From the NCBI GenBank assembly GCA_963422735.1, contig OY730476.1:1696001-1760000 (forward strand): a stretch of DNA of 64,000 nt, written 5' to 3'. The notes under the pieces are model-generated. The model ran no database searches. It was not told where the DNA came from and saw nothing but the letters and a program-made list of their open reading frames with translations. Positions 20,454-31,091 of this stretch are shown in pieces. The position numbers were made by a program, and so were the translations under genes. How positions within the stretch are numbered: the first letter of the stretch is position 1; each line of letters begins with the position of its first letter. The DNA comes from Candidatus Latescibacterota bacterium (GTDB taxonomy: Bacteria > Latescibacterota > UBA2968 > UBA8231).

Positions 20454-20930
20454 CTACTTGGGCTTCCCTAGTTTGGTCGAGGCAGCCCCACTCCCGCCAA
20501 GACTGGCCGTTGTCGCGTCGCGCAAGACGGTATTAACCGCCCGAATGACTCGGCCGCCGTCGCGGGTGAGCATGACCGTGTGCCCGTCGCTCATTTGGGC
20601 GTGGGTAGCACCGCCGTCGGTGACGATGAGGGTAGCCTGGGGTTCGGCGTACCAGTTGCGGTCGTTGGTCCAAGGCAGGACGCGGTGCTCGGCCGGAATT
20701 TCGCGTACGGCGCTGTGCTTTGAGTAGATGACGCCTTGATCGTCGGCTTCAAAGACTGGGTAGTTGACGAAGATATAGTCTTCAGGGGCGATGGGCTGAC
20801 CATTGCCATCGAGGAGGCGGGCGCGGAATTCGCCGATAAAGGGGAAGTCGAAGCTTAGTTTGCGCTCGGTGCGGCCCGGCGAGGGGTGGGCGAAGATCAC
20901 CCGGCCGCCGACTAGTTCGCTGATTTCCAA
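20454..20930 (-). CDS. Hypothetical protein, probably a 5'-truncated fragment
   Basis: Protein-like composition; no good start; no family recognised. Confidence 0.4.
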   Translation of the reverse strand: MEISELVGGRVIFAHPSPGRTERKLSFDFPFIGEFRARLLDGNGQPIAPEDYIFVNYPVFEADDQGVIYSKHSAVREIPAEHRVLPWTNDRNWYAEPQATLIVTDGGATHAQMSDGHTVMLTRDGGRVIRAVNTVLRDATTASLGGSGAASTKLGKPK

Positions 20931-21116
20931 AGTGAAGGGCGCGTTGCGCGGCTCGCGGCTGTGGTTGTAGGCCGTCCAATGGCGCGTCGGCGAGACGGAT
21001 GAGGGCTTGCCACTGCGGCTTCAACGGCGCATCGGGTCTCGAAGGGAGCCGCCTGCGGCCTGCGTTCCATTCGCGCCGCATCGAACTAGATCACCACTCC
21101 GGCTTGCGAGGAAACC

Positions 21117-22706
21117 ATGGCAGAGCAAACGGCCGCGCCCAACTACGGCATCATGTACAACTGGGATGGTGCGCCCCACGGCTACAGCGAGTACCCCCAA
21201 TCGCTGGCCCAGTTCCTCGACAAAGTGTACGCGCCGCTGGCGGATACTCAGGTGGGAGCCTTGTGCTGGTGCGTGGGCGTCCACGAAGTGCCTTGGCCGT
21301 CGCAGCAATTGGATGTGGTAGGGGCCTCAACCGGGCGACGCTACGATTCGGTGCAGACGATGCGCCACACCGAAAACATCCGCGCCTTTTTTGAGCGAGG
21401 GGACGATCTGTACGGGGCGCTGATGCAGCGCGGGCGCGAACTGGGCATGGCGGTGCTGCCGTCGCTGCGCATGAACGACAACCATTTCTGGGATTTGCGT
21501 CCGGGGGATCTGGGCGGCTTGCAACGGGCCGAGCTGACGCCGCTGCGGCAGCAGCACCCCGAGTGGCTTTTGGGCGAGGAGCAGGCGCCGGGCTGGGCCT
21601 CGACTTCGTGGAATATGGCCATCCCCCAAGTGCGGGCGTACGTCTTACAGCGCGTCGTCGAAGCCTGCCGCTTGGCCGATTGGGACGGCGTGGAATTGGA
21701 TTGGCAGCGGCACGCCTTTCACTTGCCAGCCGACGATGCGCACCGACTGCGCTACGTTTTGACCGATCTCATGCGGGCCGTGCGGACGCAGACCGACCAG
21801 ATCGCCGAGGAACGGGGGCGGCCCTTTCACGTGGCCGTGCGGGTGGCCACTACTTTTGAAGCCTGCCGCCGCATTGGCTACGATGTCGAAACTTGGGTGC
21901 GGGATGGATTGTGCGATGTGGTTATCAGCGGCGGCAATTCGGGGACCGATATAGGGGCCGAGGTTGAGCGTTTTGTCGAATTGTGCCGTCCCCACAGCGT
22001 GCGCTTCTACGCTGGTTTTGACTCGGACGGGCGACAACAAGCGCGGCGCTTGCGACCCCACGAGGTATGGCGCATCGATTGGTTCCGCGGCTTGGCGCAA
22101 GACCAGCTATCGCGCGGGGCGGACGGGGTGTACGTGTTCAACTGGCACGGCCACGCCCAGACGCATCGACCGTTGCTCACGACCATAGGGTCAGCAGAAA
22201 CACTGGCCGGCTTGGACAAAGTGTACACCACCCTGCACCGCAGCATTGGCCCCAAGACCGGGAACCGGGTGGATGCCGAGCGCGACGACCGCTTGTACGG
22301 CGAGGTGCCGGTGGTGCTGTATCCCACGCTAACGGACAGTGGGCCAATCTTCCACATCCGAGTTAGCGACGAGGTCGAGACCGAGGGCCAATTAGCCGCT
22401 GCCGAGTTGCAAATCGAAATGGCTCACTGGTCGCCCGCCGATCGGATCGAGGTGGTGTTGGACGGAGTCGTGTTGGGGACGCCTGTGGTGCGCGATGCCG
22501 CGGCCGAAGATCCGAGCGCTCCGAGCGATGTGTCGGAGAACGCTTGGCTTTGCTGGCGCTTGACCGCGGCACAGGTGAAACGCGGCGTCCACCAAGTCCG
22601 GCTGCGTCTGCTGGAGCGGGATGGGCGGCTGCGGGTGCCCCTGCAGGTTGAGCAGGTGGAAATCTATTTGCAGTACCCCAAAACTATAGAAGCCTTTGAC
22701 GGCTGA
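21117..22706 (+). CDS. Glycoside hydrolase-like TIM-barrel protein (GHL10/DUF187-like)
   Basis: YNWDG, SLRMND.H, HPEW, N.AIP.VR, DGVELDW.R, GADGVY.FN. Confidence 0.72.
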   Translation: MAEQTAAPNYGIMYNWDGAPHGYSEYPQSLAQFLDKVYAPLADTQVGALCWCVGVHEVPWPSQQLDVVGASTGRRYDSVQTMRHTENIRAFFERGDDLYGALMQRGRELGMAVLPSLRMNDNHFWDLRPGDLGGLQRAELTPLRQQHPEWLLGEEQAPGWASTSWNMAIPQVRAYVLQRVVEACRLADWDGVELDWQRHAFHLPADDAHRLRYVLTDLMRAVRTQTDQIAEERGRPFHVAVRVATTFEACRRIGYDVETWVRDGLCDVVISGGNSGTDIGAEVERFVELCRPHSVRFYAGFDSDGRQQARRLRPHEVWRIDWFRGLAQDQLSRGADGVYVFNWHGHAQTHRPLLTTIGSAETLAGLDKVYTTLHRSIGPKTGNRVDAERDDRLYGEVPVVLYPTLTDSGPIFHIRVSDEVETEGQLAAAELQIEMAHWSPADRIEVVLDGVVLGTPVVRDAAAEDPSAPSDVSENAWLCWRLTAAQVKRGVHQVRLRLLERDGRLRVPLQVEQVEIYLQYPKTIEAFDG

Positions 22707-22739
22707 AACGACCGCGCCCCAACGAACTGTTTGGCCTTG

Positions 22740-23699
22740 CCGAGCGCATCAAGCAAAAACTCAACGAAATGTCCAGTACGCAGAATATCGGCGACGATTG
22801 GGTCCCAAAAATCAAAAAATCGCCGTTGAAATCGGCCCGCCCAAGACCCACAACGCCGGCCTGACTAACCAAGATATCGCCCTTTCGCTACAGACCGCGC
22901 TCACCGGGTTCAACACGGGTGCTTTCCGCGAAAGCGACCAAAGCCTGCACAACGAAAGCAGTCAAGATGTCGATGTGCGCCAGTTAGAGAGCATCAACAT
23001 CTACGCCCAAGGGTCGGGCAAAAACGTGCCCTTGGGACAAGTGGCGCAGATTGTGCCCCAGTGGCAATTGGCCAAGATCAAACGGCGCGATTTGTACCGC
23101 GCCTTGACCGTGACCTGCGATGCCAAAAGCGGCTTTACGGCGCAGGATATCACCGATGTGCTCATCCCTTGGCTCGAAGAAGACAGCAAATCTTGGAAGC
23201 AGGGCTATCGCCACGAGCGGGGCGGCGAGTCCGAGCAGATGCGGTCGTCGCCAAGCTGCCTCTGTCCGGCTTTATCATTCTGGTGCTGTTGATTGTTCAG
23301 TTCAACCCCTTCCGCAAAACCTTCACCATTCCTCTCGGCTTGATTGGGGTCATCGCCGGATTGCTCGTCTTCCGCTCGTTCTTTGGTTTTTTCGCCTTTC
23401 TCGGATTGATTTCGCTGGCCGGTATCGTCATCAACAACGCGATCGTGCTCCTAGACTGCATAGACCGATCCGGGCAGACGCCTATTGAGGCGATTGTCGC
23501 CGCGGCTCAGCAGCGTTTTCGCCCCATCCTGCTGACCACCTGTACGACGACGCTGAGGCTTATTCCTCTCTATTTTGGCGGTGGGTTGATGCGGGAGCCG
23601 ATGGCGGTGGCCATCATGGTGGGCTTGCTTTTTACCACCGCGATTACCTTGCTGTTTGTGCCGGTGCTCTACAAAATTCTCTTTGCGGTCAAAAATTGA
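22740..23699 (+). pseudogene. RND (AcrB-family) efflux transporter C-terminal fragment, frameshifted
   Basis: VPLGQVA, LAGIVINNAIVLLD, RFRPILLT, PMAVAIMVGL; N-terminal two-thirds missing. Confidence 0.82.
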
Positions 23700-23787
23700 T
23701 CTACGATTTTTAACGCGCATCCTCTGAGGTGCCCGTGCATCGCAGACTATCTGACGGGCCGCAGACGACCAAACAATAGGAGGCGTC

Positions 23788-24270
23788 GTGAAAGTCACGG
23801 AGATAGAAGTACACGAAATCAGCCTAGAGTACCAAGACTGGATCGCCTATCCGGTCAGCCACTACCAAGGCGTACCCCGGCGCACGGTGTACGTGGCCCA
23901 CACCGATACTGGTCTGATCGGCCTAGGCGAGGGCGGCCGCACCGAGCCGCAGGAAGTAATAGACCAATACCTAGGCAGCAATCCCTTTGAATGGATGGGC
24001 GATGAAGTCTCCCTTGGGCTGGGCACGGCCATGTACGATTTGATGGGCCAGGCCGCCGGGGTACCGGTGTACAAGCTCTTCGGCCAGAAGTACCGCTCGT
24101 GGGTGCCGGTGGGCAGTTGGACCGTGTCGAGTGCTCCTAGCCACATGGCCGAGGCCGTGGAGCACTACGCCGCCCCCATTGAGACTGAGTACTGGGATGA
24201 CGACGGCACACCCGAATTCGCCCAGATGATGGCGCGGTTGGTGGAGGAGGGGACGGTATTGGAGCGATGA
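23788..24270 (+). pseudogene. Enolase/mandelate racemase superfamily protein with large internal deletion
   Basis: MKVTEIE, TDTGLIGLGE, AMYDLMGQAAGVPVYKL.G; the TIM barrel is missing and the N-term is joined to a C-terminal stub. Confidence 0.72.
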
Positions 24271-24295
24271 AGGTCAAGTTTTTCGAGGAGGGAGT

Positions 24296-24991
24296 TTGAT
24301 GAGTATTCCGGTTGATGATACGTCCCTGATTGCCCGAGGGGATGGTTTGTGGTCGATTTGTGAGCCATTCTCGTTGTTCGGAGCCCGTTTTGGGCGGCGC
24401 ATGATGCTATTGTCTCGAAATGGCGTGACGGGCGCACTGTCACCGAACCAAGGCCTGCGCGAGACGATCCACGCGTCGTTGGGTCGGGATTGGGATGTGG
24501 ATTACTTGATCGCGCCGACGGGGTTCCACGATACGTACTTTTGTGAAGTTTCCCAAGAGTACCCCGCTGCTCGACGCTTGGTTTCCGCAGCGTTTCCGCA
24601 GCACCTTGTAGAGGCCGAGACGCTGGAGAATGCGTGGCCGGAGGCGTGGAAGGATGATCTGGTTTGCTACCCAATTGACGGCATGCCTAGGGTGCAGGAG
24701 ATAGTCATCTACGATCGCGCCAATCAAGCACTCTTGGTCAGTGATCTTGTCTTTTTCTTCGATGCGTCATGGGACCTTTGGTCGAGAATGTTTACCCAAC
24801 TTGCTGGAGTTTACGGCAAGCCCCGGCTGAGCCGCTTGTTCCGCATGATGATCAAGGATAAGCGAGCTTTTCTAAAGTCCCTAGAACCGCTCTTGGACTT
24901 GCCGCTGAGGAACATCTTGCCTACCCACGGAAAAGCAATCCTCGGTGATGGCCAGGCCGTCATGGCAGATCTCTATGCTCAGATCGCTTGA
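24296..24991 (+). CDS. DUF4336 family (metallo-beta-lactamase-like) protein
   Basis: RM...., V.YLIAP..FH, E.V.Y.....L.VSDL.F, I.P.HG. Confidence 0.75.
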   Translation: MMSIPVDDTSLIARGDGLWSICEPFSLFGARFGRRMMLLSRNGVTGALSPNQGLRETIHASLGRDWDVDYLIAPTGFHDTYFCEVSQEYPAARRLVSAAFPQHLVEAETLENAWPEAWKDDLVCYPIDGMPRVQEIVIYDRANQALLVSDLVFFFDASWDLWSRMFTQLAGVYGKPRLSRLFRMMIKDKRAFLKSLEPLLDLPLRNILPTHGKAILGDGQAVMADLYAQIA

Positions 24992-25141
24992 GTGTGTCGG
25001 TCTGATAATGCTTGAGATGATGGCGCGGGATTGCTAAGAAGCGTTCTTAAAATTCCCGTGCTGGCTTCGTGGTTCGTGGTTCGTTCCCCCGGCCCATAGG
25101 GGCGTAGTGTGGAGACCACTAATCGCTGCCCGATGAGTACG

Positions 25142-25410
25142 CTATCGATGAGAGATTGGGCGTTTTGCCAAGCGCGGCGAAAAATGTAGTGCTCCCAAAT
25201 CTCGATCGTGCCCCATCAACTCGCCGGCCCGGGTGTCGTGCAGCATGGTGCGGCCCTCGCCTAGGCAAAAGGCAATGGCTTCGACCGTGGTGCCGGCTAG
25301 TTCGTCGCTCAAGGCGATGTACTCCTCTTCGTGCATGGGCGGCTCGTAGCAGTAGATGTGGGGGTGCCGGCCGTCGCGGTAGTAGATGATTTGGGGTTGG
25401 TTCACGGCGC
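25142..25410 (-). pseudogene. N-terminal fragment of a GHL10-like protein
   Basis: IIYYRDGRH..Y.YEPP..DELAGT.VEAI.FCLG; truncated. Confidence 0.5.
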
Positions 25411-25439
25411 GATCCTTTTCCTCTGAGAATTCCAAACCC

Positions 25440-26702
25440 CTACGGCTTGTCGATCAGGACGATCCGGTTGGTGTTGGTGCCTTTTTTGCGGTTATCCACG
25501 CCCCAGCAGTTTGCAGTTTTGGTGAACATCTGATCGTTGACCAACACCATCAGCGGCTCGAGTCCGGCCTCTATTGCCGCGGGCGCGACTAGAGTTTCCA
25601 GTAGTACTTCTCCGTTGCGAACCTCGCCCACCTCAAAGGCGACAAAGCCCCCTTTTGCGAGGATTCGGTGTAGCTCCCGGAAGGTGCGGGTTATGGCAGC
25701 TTGCCAGTCGGCTGGTTTTTTTAATTGCCACATAGCCACCTCTTTGGCATCGATGTCGTTAAACCAGCAGCGCAACCAGTTGTCCGCTTGGTAGTTGACG
25801 ATGTCCAAAAAGGGAGGCGAGGTAACGATGAGTTGGACGGATTCACTGGCGATGGCAGGGGTGTTGTCGGACGAGCCGATTACGAGCAGCGGAGTACTAG
25901 CCGCCAGTGTATCCAAGTCGTGCGTTTGCAGCTTGCCTAGTAGGGACCGCGTTTTGCGAAGGATGATGGCCTTTAGGTCGCGCTCCGGGGGTGTCTGCTG
26001 GCGTCTGGTGTTGATTTTTTTTTGCGATTCGATGGACACCGCCTGATTGGGCGGCAGCGTATATACAGAGAAAAACCCCGGTGAGTGCCCGGTCAGGCGG
26101 TTGGTCGCCACCATCTGAATCCACGCATCAGCGCGATCTAATGTCCCCTCTTGGCGGCGCGTGAGAAGGTAGGAGCGTAGGTTGGCGATTTGGCGGAGCG
26201 TGTTGGGGTGATAAAAAACGAGAAGATCGTCCCAGACCTCGATCGCTTTGTCGAGATCGAGCGAGGTCAAGCGCTTTTCTACCTCTGTCGATTCGGGTGG
26301 GTCCAAGCGAGGGCCGACCAGCCGCTCACTCAGGGGATTTATGTCGCAGCCGATGGGGCGGCGGCCCAACAGCGCCGCTTCGAGCACGGTAGTGCCGCGC
26401 CCCATGAACGGGTCGTACACCGCGTCTTTGGGCTGGGTCAGTCGGCTGATGAAAAAGCGCGGCAACTGTGGCTTGAAACAGGCGCGATAGGAGACCTCGT
26501 GGAGCGAATGAGCAGCGCGCTGCTTGGAGGTCCAGAACTCGTTGACGTATACCGGAATGGAAATGGTTGGATCGGGAAAATCGAGGATGTGCGTCTCTTT
26601 GCCAAAATCTGCAAAGGCCCTGATCTCGGCGGCGAATTCCTTGGCGTTTAGGGGCCGCTGTCGAGAGGTCTGGTGGGCGAATAATTCGAGTTGTGTAGTC
26701 AC
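25440..26702 (-). CDS. Site-specific amino-DNA methyltransferase (probably N4-cytosine)
   Basis: Motif I DPFMGRGTT precedes motif IV VTSPPF; EL.R.L..GG. Confidence 0.88.
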   Translation of the reverse strand: MTTQLELFAHQTSRQRPLNAKEFAAEIRAFADFGKETHILDFPDPTISIPVYVNEFWTSKQRAAHSLHEVSYRACFKPQLPRFFISRLTQPKDAVYDPFMGRGTTVLEAALLGRRPIGCDINPLSERLVGPRLDPPESTEVEKRLTSLDLDKAIEVWDDLLVFYHPNTLRQIANLRSYLLTRRQEGTLDRADAWIQMVATNRLTGHSPGFFSVYTLPPNQAVSIESQKKINTRRQQTPPERDLKAIILRKTRSLLGKLQTHDLDTLAASTPLLVIGSSDNTPAIASESVQLIVTSPPFLDIVNYQADNWLRCWFNDIDAKEVAMWQLKKPADWQAAITRTFRELHRILAKGGFVAFEVGEVRNGEVLLETLVAPAAIEAGLEPLMVLVNDQMFTKTANCWGVDNRKKGTNTNRIVLIDKP

Positions 26703-27001
26703 TAGATACTCATAAGCAAAGTGAGTGCCTTAGCGCGGCTTATCTTCGATGCTGAACTAAGTTCGCCCTGATGCCACCACGCCCGTACGATGTCCACGGG
26801 AATTTTCCAGTATGGTATGGAGGGAAAGCACTGGATGTCAGATACAATATAACCAGCTATATGGTCTAGTTTTTGCAAGAAGCCATCCTCGTCAAAGTGC
26901 CTACCTGATCCAACCATATAGCTGGGACAGAAATAGATGCCACCTTTAGACACGCTGCGAACATTCCACTTTAAGAAACCATTAGCAGTATCCACGTTCA
27001 T
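26702..27001 (-). pseudogene. Lower-GC ORF coupled to the methyltransferase; possible truncated restriction endonuclease
   Basis: TAG/GTG 1-nt overlap; AT-richer; W.VRS..GG.YFCPS.MVGSGR.FD pattern; too short for a complete nuclease. Confidence 0.4.
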
Positions 27002-27097
27002 GTTTTCTTTCTGTACTCGAAAGCCTTTACGTTCCTAAGCAGTCGGCTGGGGCCGATCAGGACTTCCATGGACCTCTGTATCGGACGAGCCGACACC

Positions 27098-27720
27098 TCA
27101 GTGGACCTCCACGCCCACCTTTTGCGCCAACTCGTGAATGTACTGGCGCGCCCGAGTATTTTCCCAGTCCGTGTCGGGGGAATTGACGTACACCGGTGAG
27201 GCGACTGTCCCCGAAACTCCGACGTCTCGGTAGTGTTCTATGGTGAGCAGCACATCCTCATCCAATTCGCCTAAGCGTCTCAATTAGGTCTCGTAGAAGC
27301 CATGTCGTCGAGCAGGCGGCACAGTTGTGCGGGCGCATCGAGCGGTCCGCGATTGCCGGGATGGACGCCCAAGTTTTCGGCATTGACCGCCGCTTGGGCC
27401 ATGCCCTGCACCAGCCGATGCCAACCTCTCGACCACAGGTCGCCTTCCTCGGGCCGCTAGCCATGACGCTGACGCCGACGCAGTGAGCCTTGAGGGTACG
27501 GGACGGCGCGAAAATTTTGGGCCAAGAATTCGCTGGTTTCTCGGCGGCTAGGCTAGCAGAACAAGGTGACCTCGCCGATAAAGCAGCCCTGTGCTTCAAC
27601 CGCGGCTCGGCACCATAGGCGATATGGCCGATCCCTTTGACGCCCATCTGAGCCAGGCGCTGCAACATGCTGTCGATGTTGTCGGGGTTGACGCCGCTCT
27701 AGAATCCCACAGTTGTACCT
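27098..27720 (-). pseudogene. Degraded sugar phosphate isomerase/epimerase-like (TIM barrel) gene
   Basis: Fragments LQRLAQMGVKGI and LGELDEDVLLTIEH..ENTRARQYI in different frames. Confidence 0.4.
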
Positions 27721-27774
27721 CTATTAGCGGATCAGTGATCAGTCCCCCAGCCCCGCCCGGGAGCAGTGCGGGGG

Positions 27775-27802
27775 CTGGCCACTGGCCACTGGCCACTGGC
27801 CA
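27775..27802. repeat. Heptamer tandem repeat (CTGGCCA)x4
   Basis: Directly visible; preceded by GATCAGT x2 and a GC hairpin. Confidence 0.9.
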
Positions 27803-28006
27803 CTTCAATTATCGGGGACAAGCCGGGTGGAGTGGGCGACCTACTTGCTTCCGGTGCGGCTGCGGATAGGAGGATCGTGGCGTTTGACTTTCTGCTTGAA
27901 AATATCTTGAATCCCTTAACGTACGAGCGTACTCTGCGGACAAATTGCGCGTTTTCGCCGGGTAGCCCGCGTGGTAAAAAGTTAGCTACAAGGAGGATTG
28001 AGTTCC

Positions 28007-28843
28007 ATGAGCGAGTCGAAGAGCGATGCGAGATACACGATGGGACGCACCCAAGGGGAGGAGGAGCGTCTGATTCAGCAGTCGCAGTTGTACGATGCTG
28101 TGACGCGGCGTTTCCTCAAAGAGGCGGGCCTCAGCAGCGGGATGAAGGTACTCGATATTGGCAGCGGTGCCGGGGATGTGGCTCTGACAGCCGCCGAGTT
28201 GGTCGGTCCAGAAGGGATTGTCGTGGGCGTGGATGTAAATGCGGCGATTCTCGAAACGGCGCAGGCACGGGCGCAGGAAGCCGGGTTTGCCAACGTCGAA
28301 TTCATCGCGGGGGATGCCCGGACTCTGGACCTCGGAAACGATTTCGACGCCCTGATCGGTCGGCTGGTCCTCATGTATATGGCCGATCCCACCGACGCCC
28401 TAAAACAGCTAGCGACCCGCTTGCGCCCGGGGGGGATCGCGGCCTTTCAGGAGGCTGATTTCACGCCCTATCGGTGGCTTACTCATCCAGACACGCCCTT
28501 GGCGAACCAGCTAATCGAGTGGGCTCTCGGAGTATTCGAGCGCTCCGGGGCGCATATTGGCATGGGCCTCGACCTGTACCGCGCTTTTGTCGAGGCTGGT
28601 TTGCCCGAGCCTGCCATGCACTTCGAGTCTCCGGTCGGCGGTCCAAAGATGTGGGCGGGGTACCAATTCGTTGTCAACAGCTTTCGCAGTATGCTCCCGC
28701 TCATAGAAGAGTACGGGATTGCGACGGCAGAAGAGGTCGATGTGGAAACCCTCGCCGAGCGGGTTCGGCGAGAAGTGGTCGCGGCGAAACGCCCGTTTGC
28801 CCTGCCGCCCCATGTAACCGCTTGGGCACAGCTTGCGAGCTAA
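28007..28843 (+). CDS. Class I SAM-dependent methyltransferase
   Basis: VLDIGSGAG, GVD, FD, LRPGG; AGGAGG RBS. Confidence 0.9.
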   Translation: MSESKSDARYTMGRTQGEEERLIQQSQLYDAVTRRFLKEAGLSSGMKVLDIGSGAGDVALTAAELVGPEGIVVGVDVNAAILETAQARAQEAGFANVEFIAGDARTLDLGNDFDALIGRLVLMYMADPTDALKQLATRLRPGGIAAFQEADFTPYRWLTHPDTPLANQLIEWALGVFERSGAHIGMGLDLYRAFVEAGLPEPAMHFESPVGGPKMWAGYQFVVNSFRSMLPLIEEYGIATAEEVDVETLAERVRREVVAAKRPFALPPHVTAWAQLAS

Positions 28844-28847
28844 AGCA

Positions 28848-29924
28848 ATGAGCAAGTGGAAAATCGCCGGAATCAACTTCGACCATCTGCACATGGGCGA
28901 CAATCTGCGCATGGCCTTTGAGCACGCAGACGTCGAGATCGTCGGCATTTGCGACGAGCAGCCCGAGCGCATGAGGCAGGCGTGTGAGGATTTCGCCATT
29001 CCAGCCGACCGGGTTTTCAGCGACTACCGGGCGTGTTTGGAAAAGACCCGGCCGGACATCGTCCTTTTGTGCCCGGCCACGGCCGAACACGGGGAGTGGA
29101 CCGAAAAGGTCGCGCCTTTTGGCGTGCATATTATCATGGAAAAACCCTTTGCCGCCACCCTCGCCGAGGCGGACCGGATGCAGCGGGCCATGGAAGGGAC
29201 GGGCAAACTGTTGGCGATCAACTGGCCGCTGGCTTGGTATCCGCCGCACCGCACCGCACGGCGGCTCATCACTGCCGGCGAGATCGGCGAGGTGATCGAA
29301 GTCCACTACTACGACGGCAACCGAGGACCGCTGTGGCACCTCGCCGACAAAGTGGAGCGCACGGCCGATGGTGTCGAGCGCGAAAAGCCCACGAGTTGGT
29401 TTTACAAAAAGGCAACGGGCGGCGGCTCCCTGTTAGATTACCTAGGCTACGGCACCACATTGGGTGCCTGGTACATGGACGGCCGGGCACCGATTGAGGT
29501 GACAGCGACCGTAGATCAGCCCCAAGGGCTCGAAGTAGATGAGCACTGCATTGCGGTGGCGCGCTACGAGCGAGGCCTGTCGAAATTCGAGACGCGCTGG
29601 GGCACCTTTACCGACCCTTGGACCCTGCAACCCCAGCCCAAGTGCGGCTTCGTCATCGTCGGCAGCAAGGGCACGATCAGCTCCTACGACTACGAGGAGG
29701 TAATCCGCGTACAGACGCGGGCGCAACCAGCAGTCGAGCAACGGCCCGTAGATGTGCTCGAACCGCCTTTCCAGAATCCCATCCAGTACGTGATTCACTG
29801 TATCGAAGAGGGCCAACCCATTGAGGGACCGCTCTCGCCGGCCCTGTGCCGCATCGGGCAACAGATCGTCGATACCGCTTATCAGAGCGCCGCGCAGAAG
29901 CGCACGTTGCCCCTGGTTCAATAG
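28848..29924 (+). CDS. Gfo/Idh/MocA oxidoreductase
   Basis: MEKP, GGGSLLDY.GY. Confidence 0.88.
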   Translation: MSKWKIAGINFDHLHMGDNLRMAFEHADVEIVGICDEQPERMRQACEDFAIPADRVFSDYRACLEKTRPDIVLLCPATAEHGEWTEKVAPFGVHIIMEKPFAATLAEADRMQRAMEGTGKLLAINWPLAWYPPHRTARRLITAGEIGEVIEVHYYDGNRGPLWHLADKVERTADGVEREKPTSWFYKKATGGGSLLDYLGYGTTLGAWYMDGRAPIEVTATVDQPQGLEVDEHCIAVARYERGLSKFETRWGTFTDPWTLQPQPKCGFVIVGSKGTISSYDYEEVIRVQTRAQPAVEQRPVDVLEPPFQNPIQYVIHCIEEGQPIEGPLSPALCRIGQQIVDTAYQSAAQKRTLPLVQ

Positions 29925-29927
29925 CTT

Positions 29928-31043
29928 ATGGCAGAAAGCCAAGATAGCGGCTACGGCCGAGGCAAAACCGGGTCGGAAGCTGAAGTAGCAGCTCCAGATT
30001 TGCCCTACCAGCCGCGCGATCCGGTGACCTATCGTCCGCAGATCGGCTTGATTGGCTGCGGAGGCATATCCGAGATGCACTTGCGGGCCTATAAAAACGC
30101 CGGCTATGAGGTCGCGGCCCTGTGCAGCCGAGATCGGGGGCGCGTCGAGCAGCGGCGGGAATTCTACCCGGCGGCCGACACATACCTCGACTATCGGGAG
30201 CTGCTCGCCCGCGACGATGTCGAGGTGGTGGACATTACGCCCCATCCGCAGGAGCGGCTGCCGATTCTCGAAGCGGCCATTGACGCTGGCAAACACGTCC
30301 TGAGCCAGAAGCCTTTTGTGCTCGACTTGGATGTGGGCGAACAACTCATTGCGCAGGCCGAGCGACGCGGCTTGCAACTAGCCGTCAACCAGAATGGCCG
30401 TTGGGCACCGCATTTTAGCTACATGCGCCACGCTGTGGCCGCTGGCTTAGTCGGCCAAGTGCAGAGCGTTGAGTTCGCCGTGCATTGGGACCACAACTGG
30501 ATTGCTGGCTCCGCTTTTGACGCGGTGGACGATCTGGTGCTCTATGACTTTGGGATGCACTGGTTCGATATGGCGGTGGTGCTCTTAGGCAGCGAAAAGC
30601 CGCAAAGGGTCCACGCTTCCGCTCGGCACGCAGCCGGCCAAGAGGCCAAACCGCCGCTTTTGGCCCAAGCGGCGATTGAGTGCGCGGGGGCGCAGGCGAC
30701 AATCTTCTTTAACGGCAACACTCGCCAGGGACAACAAGACCACACTTATCTCGTCGGCACGGAGGGCGCAATAGGGGCCAGTGGTGTAGATCTGACCGCG
30801 CAGGAAGTCATCTTATACACCGCAGCGGGTGTGGCCCGGCCGCAGCTTACAGGGACGTGGTTTGAGCAAGGTTTTCACGGGACCATGGCCGAACTGCTCT
30901 GCGCCGTCGAGGAAGGCCGCGAACCTTCTAACAGCGCCCGCGCCAATCTCGCAAGCTTGGCGCTGTGCTTTGCGGTCGTGGCGAGCGCCCGCAGTGGAAA
31001 GCCAGTAGTGCCGGGGACGGTGCGACGATTGCCCGGCCGTTAA
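29928..31043 (+). CDS. Gfo/Idh/MocA oxidoreductase
   Basis: IGLIGCGGI, GKHVLSQKP, D.GMHWFD. Confidence 0.9.
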   Translation: MAESQDSGYGRGKTGSEAEVAAPDLPYQPRDPVTYRPQIGLIGCGGISEMHLRAYKNAGYEVAALCSRDRGRVEQRREFYPAADTYLDYRELLARDDVEVVDITPHPQERLPILEAAIDAGKHVLSQKPFVLDLDVGEQLIAQAERRGLQLAVNQNGRWAPHFSYMRHAVAAGLVGQVQSVEFAVHWDHNWIAGSAFDAVDDLVLYDFGMHWFDMAVVLLGSEKPQRVHASARHAAGQEAKPPLLAQAAIECAGAQATIFFNGNTRQGQQDHTYLVGTEGAIGASGVDLTAQEVILYTAAGVARPQLTGTWFEQGFHGTMAELLCAVEEGREPSNSARANLASLALCFAVVASARSGKPVVPGTVRRLPGR

Positions 31044-31091
31044 GCCGCCTACAATTTTGCCGCCAGACGGCAATCCTCTTGGAGGTTTTCT

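Noticed and set aside
27730-27802. CRISPR array (also considered at 55401-55482)
   Set aside because: 7-nt units without spacers; no cas genes in the window.
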